DNA from: Octopus vulgaris
Lineage: Eukaryota
Direction of reading: 5' to 3'
NCBI GenBank assembly: GCA_951406725.2
Contig: OX597831.1
Coordinates: forward strand, 14,198,001-14,262,000
Length of the DNA stretch: 64,000 nt
In this document: positions 26,126-38,380 of the stretch, in pieces
Position numbering within the stretch: the first letter of the stretch is position 1
Layout: each line of letters begins with the position of its first letter
The notes under the pieces: generated by a model
Seen by the model: the letters and a program-made list of their open reading frames with translations, nothing else
Told to the model about the DNA's origin: nothing
The model's database searches: none
Translations under genes and position numbers: made by a program

Positions 26126-26295
26126 AAGTGCATGTGTGTGTGTGCATGTGTGTGTGTGTGTTTGTTCGTGCGTGTGTGCATGTATAGGTGTGCATGTGTG
26201 TGTTTGTGCATGCGTGTGTGTTTGTGTGTGCATAAGCATGGCTGTGTGTGTTTGTGCACGTGTGTGAGTGCATGTGTGTGTTTGTGTTTGTGCTG
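25915..26295. repeat. Degenerate (TG)n tract (also ~22770-23195, 3600-3900 and 62880-63235)
   Basis: Directly visible. Confidence 0.95.
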
Positions 26296-27699
26296 GTCCC
26301 TCACCACTGCTTGACAACCAGTGTTAGTTTGTTTATGTCCCTGTAACTTATTGGTTCATCAAAAGAGAGCAAAAGGATAAGCACCAGGCATTGATAGATA
26401 ATTTCCAGGGTCACTTTGTTTACCTGGACCCTTCAGTGACCCAGTATGACATGTATGTATACATATATATATTTGTACCTACAGTTAGATAAATAGATAG
26501 ATAGATAAACTAGATAAACATCATAGTCTTCCACACAGTTTCCTTCTACTAAATTCCCTTCCATGGCATTGATTGGGCTGAGGCTGCTATTTGTACCTCT
26601 CAACAACACAGCCACGCCTCCGCCTATGTTATTGTATATATAAAGAAAATGAAATAAAACAATAAAATTAATAACATTCTTGTTAAAATTCTTGTTAAAA
26701 TTCTTGTTTAATTCTGTTAAAAATCTTGTTAAAATTGCGCAGTATGTGAGGGGAGGGGGAGTGAAAGGGGGAGATAATCTTGTCCTCCGAAACGATGGAG
26801 GTGGTGGTGGTGGTGGGGAGAACAGGAAGTGGGAGTGATAGTGTGAGGGATTGGTACATTTGAAATTACTATGCAACATGTAGAGATATTCACTGAAGTA
26901 TGTTTAAAGTAGCTGGGAGTTCCACCACCACCACCACCACCATCACCATCACCACCACCACCACCACCATCACCACCATCACCACCACCATCACCACCAC
27001 CATCACCATCACCACCATCACCACTACCGCCACCACCACCACCAGTAATGCAGTCAAGGCTATCACCAACATAGTCATCATGATTGACCCAGGAAACAAA
27101 AAGAAAAACCAATCCCATTTGAAACTGGTGATTTCAGGAAACCGTTTTGGTGGTGGGGGGGGAGGAAGGAATGACAAAAATATTAGGTCAAGTTTATAGT
27201 TGAGTTGTGCCCTTTCACAATGTTCCATTTCTCACTTCAGCTGATGTTGATTAAACCGACACACACACACAGGCACTCATATATATGCGTGCATACGCAC
27301 TCATCAAAACACTCATACACACACACACACATATGCATGAACACATACACAGACACACACACATGAACATCCATACATATCCAGTTATAGATCTATTTAC
27401 CCCCAGGTATGCGTATGTGTGTGTGTCTGTATGTGCATGTATATGCATGCGTGGCCGATGCCAGTACCACCTGACTGGCCCTTGTGCTGGTGGCACATAA
27501 GAGGCACCCACTACACTCTCGGAGTGGTTGGCGTTAGGAAGGACATCCAGCTGTAGAAACATTGCCAGATCGGATTGGAGACTGGTGCAGCTTCCTGGCT
27601 TGCCAGCTCTCGGTCAAACTGTCCAACCCATGCCAGCATGGAAAGTGGACGTTAAACGATGATGATGATGACGATGACACATTTATATATGTATATATA

Positions 27700-28157
27700 G
27701 GCATAGGAGTGGCTGTGTGGTAAGTAGCTTGCTTACCAGCTACATGGTTCCGGGTTCAGCCCCACAGCATGGCACCTTGGGCAAATATCTTCTGCTATAG
27801 CCTTGGGCCGACCAAAGCCTTGTGAGTGGATTTGGTAGACAGAAACTGAAAGAAGCCCATCATATATATGTGTTTGTACATATATATATATATATATATA
27901 CACACACATATATATATATGTATGTGTGTGTGAATATGTTAGTGTGTCTGTGTTTGTCCCCCCAACATCATGTGACAACCGATGTTGGTGTGTTTACGTC
28001 ACCGTAACTTAGCAGTTCGGCAAAAGAGACCGATAGAATAAGTATTAGGCTTACGAAGAATAAGTCCTGGGGTCGATTTGCTCGACTGCAGGCGGTGCTC
28101 CAGCATGACCGCAGTCAAATGACTGAAACAAGTAAAAGAGTAAAGAGAGTAAAGAGT
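27700..28157 (+). mobile_element. SINE family A, full length
   Basis: Colinear with 22077-22505. Confidence 0.88.
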
Positions 28158-28189
28158 ATATATGTACATATATCTCCTACACACACATG

Positions 28190-28490
28190 GATTACACTGG
28201 ACTCTTCCGTTGATGAGAAATCGCTCCAATACGGCGTTTGAACCTTTTGAACTTTTCTGAACTTACTTTGTACTTTCTGCTTTTTCCTATTGTCGTTTCT
28301 CTCAATCTGCACATTAGCTACAAACCTTTTTATTTTCTCTCTCTACTCATTTCTGTATTGCTTTCTGTTGAAGAGCATCGGCTCGAAACATAAAAGACTT
28401 ACTCACTTCACGAGCTTTAAACTAATACATCTGATTGTTATTTACACAGCCATCCTCGTCTTTTGTTTTGTTTTTTTGGTAATTCCAACT
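28190..28490 (+). mobile_element. Diverged family G relative with a longer 5' region
   Basis: Motif cttt-CTGTTGA-a-gagc-atcg-gctc-GAAACATA-aaag at 28361-28396 followed by the same ctaatacatctg...tcgtcttttg tail and TA. Confidence 0.6.
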
Positions 28491-28894
28491 ATATATACAC
28501 ACACATTTGTGTATCTGTGTCTGTGTATATATTGCATATTTCTCTTTGTATATATATAAATATCTATATCAAGGCTTTTGGGGTTTTTTTTTAATGACCT
28601 GCTGACAAATGTCACGTAAACATGAAAGGAGTCCAGACCCGTAACAGTTCAGGTGTGTGTTTGTGTGTGATATACTATGTTTATATGTGTGTGTGTGTGT
28701 GTTTGTGTGCGTGCATGTATGTGTGTGTATATGTTTGTGTGTCTGTATTTGTTTCCCCAACATTGCTTGACAACCAATGCTGGTGTGTTTACGTCCCTGT
28801 AACTTAGTGGTTCAGCAAAAGAAACCTATAGAATAAGTACTAAGACACGTTATATTTCACAAGCAAAACACAATGCTTCGAGTGAACTACAAAA

Positions 28895-28985
<91 letters not shown>

Positions 28986-29217
28986 TTTTATTATTGTTTT
29001 GCAATTTACTTAATCATCGGTGGATTATTGTTATTTTATCTTTAATATTTCTATTATATGTAATTTTGTAGATGGTGTAATATAATTGTTCAGTTTGAAT
29101 TGATAAACAGTGTTTTTTTCTAATTTGTATATATATATTATATTTTGTGAAATTTGATTTAGTATTTCTAAATTGAATTTTTCCCTGTAAGTTAGGAATA
29201 ATATTCCCTCAAATAAT

Positions 29218-29259
<42 letters not shown>

Positions 29260-29375
29260 TGTAAAAAACAAATCTGAAAGAAAAAGCACACTCTCAGATG
29301 TAGAGCAGAATATATTATATTAAAAATAGGGAGGCTCGCTCCCTTTTTTACGAGGTCTTGAGCCAACAGGTTTTG

Positions 29376-29434
29376 AAATCTGAGGATACACCATAAAGGT
29401 ACACCCTTTATGGATGCGAAACTTAAGGTAATCC
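29376..29434 (+). ncRNA. Type-I hammerhead ribozyme motif, canonical core, weak stem I
   Basis: CTGAGGA at 29380; stem II ccataaagg/cctttatgg; GAAAC-TTAAG-GTA (palindromic CTTAAG stem III); inside a TA-flanked segment ~29257-29460. Confidence 0.65.
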
Positions 29435-29558
29435 CATAAACTAGTGGTCCTCATTTTTAATATATATATATGTATGTATATATATTTAATTTTATTAATT
29501 ACGGAATAAAAATTCCGGCATAACAGGGGTTCAAATTATTCTCACTGAGGAAATATAC

Positions 29559-29923
29559 ATATTCATTTAGAGATAGTAGGCCCCTTCATCCCACCATATA
29601 AAAGAATTTTAATTTAAATACTTACTACTTTATAACTTGGCTACACGTGTTTCATGAGGTACATATTTTTACTCATAGTTTTACACATATTTATTGATTT
29701 AAAAAATTAAAATATAGTTTATAGTATTGAACTATGAGAAAGTGATATAGGGGCCTAATGATTGGGGTTATATTTTAAGAATGGTTCCAGCAAAACACGG
29801 TGTGGTTAAGGAACCGGGAAATGAACCTCAAGAATCACGTGTAGTTGAGATATAAGAAGTAAGTATTTAAATTAAAATTCTTTTTTATATGGTGAGATCA
29901 AGGGGCCTACTATCTCTAAATGA

Positions 29924-29927
<4 letters not shown>
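29559..29927. repeat. Imperfect ~105-bp inverted repeat with hammerhead 3'-half motifs
   Basis: Arms ~29559-29664 and 29821-29927; left arm (minus) contains GAAACACGTGTA and right arm contains gaatcacgtgta; the right end runs into (TA)n. Confidence 0.75.
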
Positions 29928-29966
<39 letters not shown>

Positions 29967-30011
29967 CATAAATACACTCACACACACATACATGTATACA
30001 TACATGCATTC

Positions 30012-30054
<43 letters not shown>

Positions 30055-31565
30055 AATACACACACACTTGCATAATTTTACTCCAATCAGTCACTTACTA
30101 TTCTGTATTTCACCTGTTGAGGCACTCAGAGGTGAAACTCAGAGTAGCAGGAAACTGACCAGAGTTAAATAGAATATATTATTGACCTCTACACTGGTAT
30201 TGAGTACACTTTTTCTGTTTGTTAATGCTAAACTGTTATATATTGAGAACAACATGGTTGTCAGACTGTTGGATGATTCTATATATATATTTTTATTTTC
30301 ATTTTTAGTGTGTTCTTCTGTTATCGGATTTATCAAAAGAAGTGGTTTAAGGTAAGTTTGCTTTGCCTTTTTATCTAAAATTGAAACTGATGATGTTTAA
30401 GAGAGAGAGAGAGAGGGGGGGGAGAAACAAATTAGAAAGGAAGGTGCAGAGGTGAGGAGAAAGTGGGAAATAGTGAAGAGAGAGAAGAGAAAAGAAAGTT
30501 GGAGTTTGTTTTGGGGGGGTTTGTGAAGGAAGGGGAAAAAAAGAAGAAAAATATTTGCAAGGAGGTGGGGGAGGTAAATGAGGCATGGCTTTTGTATCAG
30601 TAGGGTCAGACTTGTTTGATTAGAATTCAATATGTTGTTCTTTTTTTTCCAATTAGTGATCTTTTGATTGGAGGAGAAAAGGAATTTTTGTATACCAGTG
30701 GTCAAAGTTCTTAAGTGGGAAACCAGAAAAGCTGTTTTGGGATTTTCTCCAGTAAGAATTATAATTACATTTCAAGGCCTTGTTTTTGAATTCTTTTGTA
30801 TTCATTAATATAAGAGGGGAGAGAATGGTTGCATGGATGTGGTCAGATTTTTTTTTTTACTTAAAATTCCAGATGTTTTTGATTGAGCCTGTGTATGGCT
30901 ATGTTTTTGAAAGAGTAATCTTTGAGTAAGTATAGTTACGATTTTTTAAAGACTACCTGAAAAATGTTTTAGTGTGGGAAATTGTTTCTCAATTACAAAT
31001 TATCTCCACTGACCACTGACTGATCTATATCTTAATTTTTCTTTTTTCTTTATTCCCTTTATTCCCATCTTCGGGTAGGGGTGGGGGGTTATTTTTTTTA
31101 TTTTGTTATTTTTACTAATCTTCTCTCTCCTTTCTCTTTCATTTTTTTCTTTCTCTCCTCTTTTTTCTCTTTCTTTCATTCCTCTCTTCCTGTTTTCGAT
31201 TTGACCTTACTAATACACTCCCTATTTCTAGGTCACTTTAAATATAAACCTTTGACCCTCCAACACTGTATATAAATTCCCTACTGGGAACGACCAAATT
31301 TTAAAATCTGCTGGACCTCACTCATAAGGGGTTCTTACATTGCTTATAAACTCTATATTTGGAAGGACTCATATTAAACTCTGTTGGACTTTTGGATTTT
31401 ACTCAAAGGATATTGGAATAATACACATATATACCATTATGCCTATAAAACGGATTTACAACTTCAATACCCATACATATCTTACATCTATTTTTCTTTC
31501 CTCCACCTCACTCTCCATTTTGTATCACATCTAAACTAACCATGACTTAACCATCCTCTCACACC

Positions 31566-31617
31566 GTCTCCGATAAAGGGATATTATTAATAAATATCCT
31601 AGAAACAGCTGTAAGAC
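31566..31617 (+). ncRNA. Degenerate hammerhead motif (PLE pLTR remnant)
   Basis: gtct-CCGATAA-agggatatt..aatatcct-a-GAAAC-AGCT-GTA-agac: stem I gtct/agac, palindromic ACAGCTGT stem III; two core substitutions; followed by an AT-rich tail and TA run. Confidence 0.55.
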
Positions 31618-31704
31618 CTTCTATCTATAAATGCTCTAATATCTATACGGCCTTGGTTTTTTTATCTTATTTCGCAAAAAATTCTTATATATATATGTAT
31701 ACAT

Positions 31705-31907
31705 TAGTTGCCATGATAGATCATTAGCCACTACACACATTTTTTTCTCTCCTTGTTTCTCTCCTTGTTTTTTTCTGTGTCCCTTTCTGTAGAAGAGTGT
31801 AGGCTCGAAACATGAAAGACTTTTTCTATTCCTGAGCGTTATACTAATACATCTGTTTGTTTTGTACACCACCTGTCTTCATCTTTTGTTTTTTTCGTAA
31901 ACTTCCC
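31705..31907 (+). mobile_element. Short non-autonomous TA-embedded element with hammerhead-like motif (family G)
   Basis: Starts gttgccatgatagatc and ends gtaaacttccc|tata; motif cttt-CTGTAGA-a-gagt-gtag-gctc-GAAACAT at 31783-31818; same ends as the copies at 36753-36943 and 48327-48516. Confidence 0.75.
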
Positions 31908-32078
31908 TATATATATATATATATATATATATTTGATAATTTAAAGCCTGAAAGAGACAGGCTTGTGTTAGAGGCATGAAAGTCACATGGAGTGAAATCT
32001 AACTGTTTTAGATAATACATGGAACTCCTGAATGTGTTGAGTGCCCTTTTTTTATGTTTATACACTCTCTTGTGTGTA

Positions 32079-32120
<42 letters not shown>

Positions 32121-32616
32121 TGCATATATACATACATATGTATATATATGTATACACACACACACACACACACATTAAAATTTGTAGGAAACATTATTGA
32201 AGCTCTTTTATTCTCAGTTGTCAATTTGGTTAATTGCCAGTCAATGACTACCAACATAAGCTAAAACAAGGAAGAAAATAAAGAAAAAAACAGAAATAAA
32301 AACAAAAATTATAAAATCTTACCCAACCATATCAATGTAAACCTGCTGTAATTTATCATTTATAAATCTCTTTATTATTTCTGTGTAAATGAATCTATCG
32401 GCCCAAACTGTACTGAAGCATTAACAATCATCTTAAAATGCTCTCTGTAATTCAAACCAATTGGATTGACCTCATTTCTATGTAAGCAGCAGAATGTGAG
32501 GAAGCTAGTTCTGGGTTAGGAATTTAGCAATGAGGGGATTGAAGATGATCTTGGGGAAATTTCAAACCTGGGTTCTCATTCCTAAGATTATTTTTTGATG
32601 TTATTATTATTATTTT

Positions 32617-35600
32617 TTCTTCTTTCTTCAAATTTTCTTCCGTTTCTCGCCAAGTGTTTTCCGTACACCTAGGGCAGAGAAGCTCATTGTATGCATTCCC
32701 AGATTATACACGCAGATTCACAGGTAAAATATGTATTTAAAAAATTAATAAATAAATAAATTCATGAATGGATGTTGTTTTCACAGCGATAATGCTCTTC
32801 TCAGTACATGAGCCGTTCTAGTTAATACAATTTTTTGCACTTCCTGTAGGGATGGTAAGCCTGGTATCATTTTCAAATAGGTTTCAGTACCTTTTTTTTT
32901 ATCTTTCCTAGAGATCCTACAATCACTGGAACTGTTGGCCTTGAGATGCCACTTGTTTTTCAATTTCTATAAGCAGGTCTTTATATTTACTAATCTTGTC
33001 AAATTCTTTCGTCGCTATATTGTGATCGCAAGGGATACTTATGTCAATTAATAAACACATTCTTTTTTGTGTGATCTTTTATAACAATATCTGGTTTATT
33101 AGCTTTTATAGTTTTGTCGGTATGTACAGGGAAGTCCCATAGAATCGACAGATTTTCTCCCTCAGTCACAGCTTCAGGTTGGTGTTTATACCATTTGTCA
33201 GCAGTTTTGATTTTATAATGCTGACATATTGTTCAGTGTAAATACTGGCCAACTCTGTCATGTCTTGCTTTATATTCTACAGATGCTAAAACTCGACACC
33301 CGGAGATTAGGTGGTCTATAGTGTCAATCTCATCGTTAGAGAATCGGCATTTTGGGTCAGCTCCATTTTTCATCACATCGGCTTGGTAGTTCTGGGTTAA
33401 TAAGCTTTGGTCTTGAGCTGCTAAAATGAAACTTTCACTCTCCGCTTTTAGCCCTGAGCTTCGTAACCATTGATGTGTGTGTTTCTGGTCGACATCAGCT
33501 TGTTTGCTACGGGCCACATACTAGCCATGCAGAGGTTTCTGTTCCCAGCTGCTAGCTAATTTTTCATGAGCTTTTGTCTTTGCAATTAATTTTATTTTCT
33601 TTGCAGCAGCAGTTGGCGCATTTCCTTCAGTCTGATCAATCTGGTGGGTATCTAAGAGATCAGTAGTGAATTTTTTGCTCTCTTTCAGAATAGAGTGAGG
33701 TCTTTTCAGTCTTTCATGTTTTTCAACAAGTTTTAGCATCCAATCGTTGGTTGCTTCAAGGTATTTGGCCAGTCCAATTGTGGTGGTTTTGTATGTAAGT
33801 TCAAGCTGGATCAAACCTCGACCTCCCTGAGCTCTGGGAAGGTAAAGATGATCCATGTCTGCCTTTCGATGGTGCATCTTATTACAAGTCAGTAGCTTGC
33901 GGATTTTTCTGTCAATTTTTATTATTTCACTGGTATTCCAGTCAAGCACATTGAAGCTATAAAGAACAACTGGTACTGCTAAGGAATTTATGGCTAACAC
34001 CTTATTATATGCATTCAGCTCAGACTTCAGGACTGCTCGAACTCTTCTATAACATTCCTTCTTAACCTTCTCTTTCATGCTTGCATGCTAGATACCAGAG
34101 CCTTCATTTATTCCTAGGTATTTATAGGTTTGTTCCTGCTCAAGTTCCTTTATTACTATTTCGACATCTAATTCGATTGGAACTAGACTTTAACGATTTC
34201 CCTTTCTTAAAAGTGGCTTTGGCACACTTTTCAAGGCCAAACTCCATCCCGATATCATCACTGAATCCTTTCACAGTATGTAATAATCCTTCAAGCTCTT
34301 CATCATCTTTGCCATATAGCTTTAAGTCATCCATATAAAATAGATGGCTTATTTTCCTGTTGTCAATTTTGTAGCCATATCCTGTTCTATTCAGTTCACT
34401 TGAGAGTGGTATAAGTGCTATGCAGAAAATTAGTGGTGAAAATGAGTCACCTTGGAAAATTCCACAGTTTATGCTAATGTTGTTTGAGTGCAATACTCCA
34501 TTAGAATGATATAATTGGAGCTTCGTGTTCCATAGTGACATATTATACTTGAAAAAATCTGAAATCACAGGAGAAATTTTGAAAATGTCCAGCGATTTCG
34601 GAATCCACGAATGTGGTATGCTGTCAAAGGCTTTTTTATAATCAATCCATGAAGAGCTGAGATTTCTGCGCTTGTTATGGCAGTTCTCAAGGATCATGCG
34701 ATTAATTAGGAGCTGATCTTTGCATCCGTATGAGCCTCGTCTGCATCCTTTTTGTTCAGTGGGAAAGAGGTTATTCTCTTCCATAAACGTATATGTTTTC
34801 TCTACTAGAATAGATGTCAAGATCTTATAGGTAGTAGATAAACATATTATAGGCCGGTAGCTTTTTGGGTCTTTCGTTTTGTTATTTTGGGGGAGGAGGT
34901 AAGTAATACTATTTGCCATCCAATGGGGTGTTTTTTCCGGGTCTTTCATAATACTATTAAATAGTATTACTAACATTTTGTGTGCAGACGAGAGTGATGA
35001 GAGCCAGAAATTTGGTACTCTATCAATACCAGGGGATTAGTGCCCTCATTAGGTCGGCGATTGAGATGTCTTCCCATACCTGTTCTTGTAGATTTTTGTA
35101 GTCATCTTGGGTGCGTTTGATCCACTCTGCATTTTCATTGTATGGTTTCTCATCACTCCAGATCCCCTTCCAAAAGTTTTCAACTTCTTCCATTAGGGGT
35201 GGATTTTCAACGATTATTTTTTCTTTCCCTATTTCCCTGTAAAATGATTTGGCATTGGATTTGAACATCTTATTTTGTTTGTAGAATTTGATTCTTTTCT
35301 CAAATCTGCGTAATCTCTAAGCTTTTGCTTTAACTTTTTGTTTAAGTGTTTCTTTCGCTGACATTAGTTCTTCTCTTGTTGAGCGTCCATCTTTTCTCAC
35401 AATCTTCCTGCCTTTTCTTGATCTTACGTCATTTCCAGAGATGAGCTCAGTTAATATTGATATCTCCCTTCGCAATGATTCAATTTCAGTTTCAATTCTA
35501 CTCCTCCAGTTTGATTTTCTTTTCGAATTTGGTATTGTTGGCTTTTTGGGTGTTAAACAGCGTCTTTCGATTACCTTAGCGACAGAGTAAATAATTTCAT

Positions 35601-36240
35601 TTAATTTATTAAGATCGGGTTTTAGTTGTTGTATGATTTCCTGTGTAACGCAGTTGCCAATTTATATTTGTGTTTTATGTTGGATTGCATTTGAGAGTTT
35701 ATGGAGTATATATTACTTCTTTATGTTCTTCCCGGTTCCATTTAGTTCCTTTACATTTTTGATTTTCTGGTCGTTGTGGTGAGGAACTTTGGGGGCTTAA
35801 TTTGGGACAAATCCCGTTTAAGGAACCTTTCAGGTTCGTATTCGGGGAAGATATTCTGCCATTTGAAAATTTTTCACCATCAGACTGACAGTTTCCTGAT
35901 GGGCGTGCGCTTCCTGAGTAACCATTGGACAAGTGATTCGGTGTACTTTCCTCTTTGGCCAAGGCCTCATCAACTTTTTCAAGTTTCACTTGAAAGGGAA
36001 GATGAGAGTAGAGAGGGAAGTGCTGTCTGGTAGCAAGTTTATTGAAAGGTGGGTGAATGTCGCAAGAATGGCCAGTATGAATGGACCAATTCTGAGGATA
36101 CACCTGTGAAGAATTAAGGAAATATAAAAGGAGAAAGGGGCGCTCTACCTCCCCTTTTGACCAGGCTCCCGTGGCTTTTATGAGTTTTTCCATGAGTAAC
36201 CTTTCGAAGTGCCTCCCCCTATTGGGAATTTTAATTGTTA
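32617..36240 (-). mobile_element. Near-full-length, degenerate R4/Dong-clade non-LTR retrotransposon (RT plus C-terminal zinc knuckle and restriction-like endonuclease)
   Basis: Minus-strand ORF pieces 35023-35268, 34140-34976, 33521-34078, 33233-33517 and 32781-32963 give RT motifs YRPIICL, WIDYKKAFDSIPHSW, GIFQGDSFSP, HLFYMDDLKLY and GGRGL. They are followed by CRF..DTIDHLISGC, RHDRV, an NKPDIVI-type RLE motif and the C-terminus VQKIVL..TAHVLRRAL. Several stops and frameshifts. (TTA)n tracts at ~32601-32614 and ~36380-36421. Confidence 0.92.
34140..34976 (-). pseudogene. Reverse transcriptase domain of the R4/Dong element (largest open segment, 278 aa)
   Basis: Non-LTR RT motifs DYKKAFDS, QGDSFSP and YMDD; frameshifted at the 3' end. 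Confidence 0.92.
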
Positions 36241-36379
36241 CTTATATTTCATTGTTATCCTGCTTTTTGTACACGGACCTTTTTCAAACGGACAAAACCC
36301 TTTGTAACTTCCGTCCTGTGTTTTGTCCCTTTATGTTTTAATTGATTTTTGTTAGCCCTTGTGGCCAATAAACAAACGA

Positions 36380-36419
<40 letters not shown>

Positions 36420-36752
36420 ATTCAGGTTACTGCTTGAAATCGAACTCAAAATCTTGGGGTTAGTAGCCCCACACTGTTAACCACTACGCCATATGCCCAC
36501 GGGCATATGGAGTATTGGTTAATACAACAAACAAAATAAGGACAAATATCCGTCAAATGTAAATAATGTAAATAATGTAAATAATTCCTCATCTCTTAAA
36601 TATAGAACTGATGATCTGTTCAGAAATTAAGGGGACTTCTATATTTGATCTTCTTTCAGCTTGAGCTGCTGCTCGGAGACTGGATTAGCTGCTATGTCTT
36701 CTATAAAACACCCACACGCATACATTTATATGTATGTATATGTATATATATA

Positions 36753-36943
36753 GGGGAAGTTTACGAAAAAAACAAAAGACAAAGACAGGTGGTGTACAAA
36801 ACAAACAGATGTATTAGTATAACGCTCAGGAATAGAAAAATTATTTTACGTTTCGAGCCTATGCTCTTCTACAGAAAGGGACACAGAAAAAACAAGGAGA
36901 GAAAAAAATGTGTGTAGTGGCTAACGATCTATCATGGCAACTA
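36753..36943 (-). mobile_element. Family G copy
   Basis: Reverse-complement copy; motif at 36844-36878 keeps GAAACGTA; TA/TCTA microsatellite on both sides. Confidence 0.75.
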
Positions 36944-36969
36944 ATATCTATCTATCTATCTATCTATCT

Positions 36970-37001
<32 letters not shown>

Positions 37002-37062
37002 GGAGATAGATAGATAGATACCTGAGTAAGCACATAAATGTGAAAGAAGTTAGGAGAAAATA

Positions 37063-37448
37063 CGAGGATGAGTCAAAAAGTAATGTCATTTTGTTTAGGA
37101 CAGGTATAATTACCAACACAGGAACATGTATCATACATCAAAATGAAGCTGGTCCTCTGTGGATCACATCCCTACTTCTCAACATAGTCACTATTTCTCT
37201 CAATAGCAATGTTCCACCTTCAAATGAGAGAATGTATCGCTGCCACTTCTTCACTATCTCCACATTCCCCAGATTTATCATCTCTTCTGCGCCACGAAAG
37301 AGGGTTTGAGAGGCAAACATTATTCCAGTGACGAGGAAGTGAAAACTGTAGTGAAGAAGTAGCTCAAAGAACAGTCAACAGAATTTTATGGGACAAGGAT
37401 ACATGCTCTCATTCGAATGTGGAACATTGCTTTTGAGAGAAATGGTGT
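37063..37448. mobile_element. Mariner-derived non-autonomous element built from two inverted transposase 3' ends (right arm truncated)
   Basis: TA|CGAGGATGAGTCAAAAAGTAATG terminus; plus strand SDEEVKTVVKK*LKEQSTEFYGTRIHALIRMWNIAFERNG; minus strand IHSLI*RWNIAIERNSDYVEK*, both mariner transposase C-termini. Confidence 0.75.
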
Positions 37449-37782
37449 GACAGTTTAATTGCAAAATAACAGAGTATCTATGGTAAAAGTAGACTAATGC
37501 TATCGTTATATAATCTCAATCCGTATCTCAGTAACAATGATTAATTATGAAATATTTTAATATTTTTACCTACAATTAATTATTATATGCATTGTTGTAT
37601 TACAATATGTAATAACATTGTAAATAATTGGCAGCTAATTAATTGGTATTGATTGATAATATGTGGCTAATTAAATGGTAATTATTGATTGGCCATTTTA
37701 CTTATAGGTAAGTACACTATACATACATATATACATATATATATATATTATATATACATATATACATACATATATATCTATG

Positions 37783-37837
<55 letters not shown>

Positions 37838-38380
37838 ATATATATGTATATATATGTATATATATATACATATATACACATATATATACACACACACATA
37901 TACATATATCTACATCTATATATATATATATATCCTCCTTCTTTCTTTCCTTTCCTGAGCGTCCAGTAATACTATACTTGTTCCACGTCCTCGCGTTGTT
38001 GTGTTTCCTCTTTGTGTTTTCATGTCTGGATTAACTTTATATATATATATATTTTAATTCCAAGAAAGTTAGAGGTTGTGAATCCAACTTGCTAAGGGAT
38101 AATATCTATCCAATACACTGCTGGTAGAATACCTAATTATGAATACACAAGTGTTTTTTTTATTGCATTGCAATTACATTACCGAGTGTACTAAATGGGT
38201 GAGGGTAAAGAGTTATTTTACCATTAATTTATAAAGCAATAAGGTAATGGAGGGGATCAAGAGGTGGTGTTCCATTGACTTTCAGACATTATATTATGTC
38301 AGTTTATTTATTTACTAAAAGGACAATTTTAACAATATACATACATGTATAACATATTATGCTTTACATATATAATATAT

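Noticed and set aside
25600-26317. Long His-Thr / Cys-Val ORFs, and all YIYI/THTH/ERER ORFs in the track
   Set aside because: Translations of (CA)n, (TA)n and (GA)n repeats.
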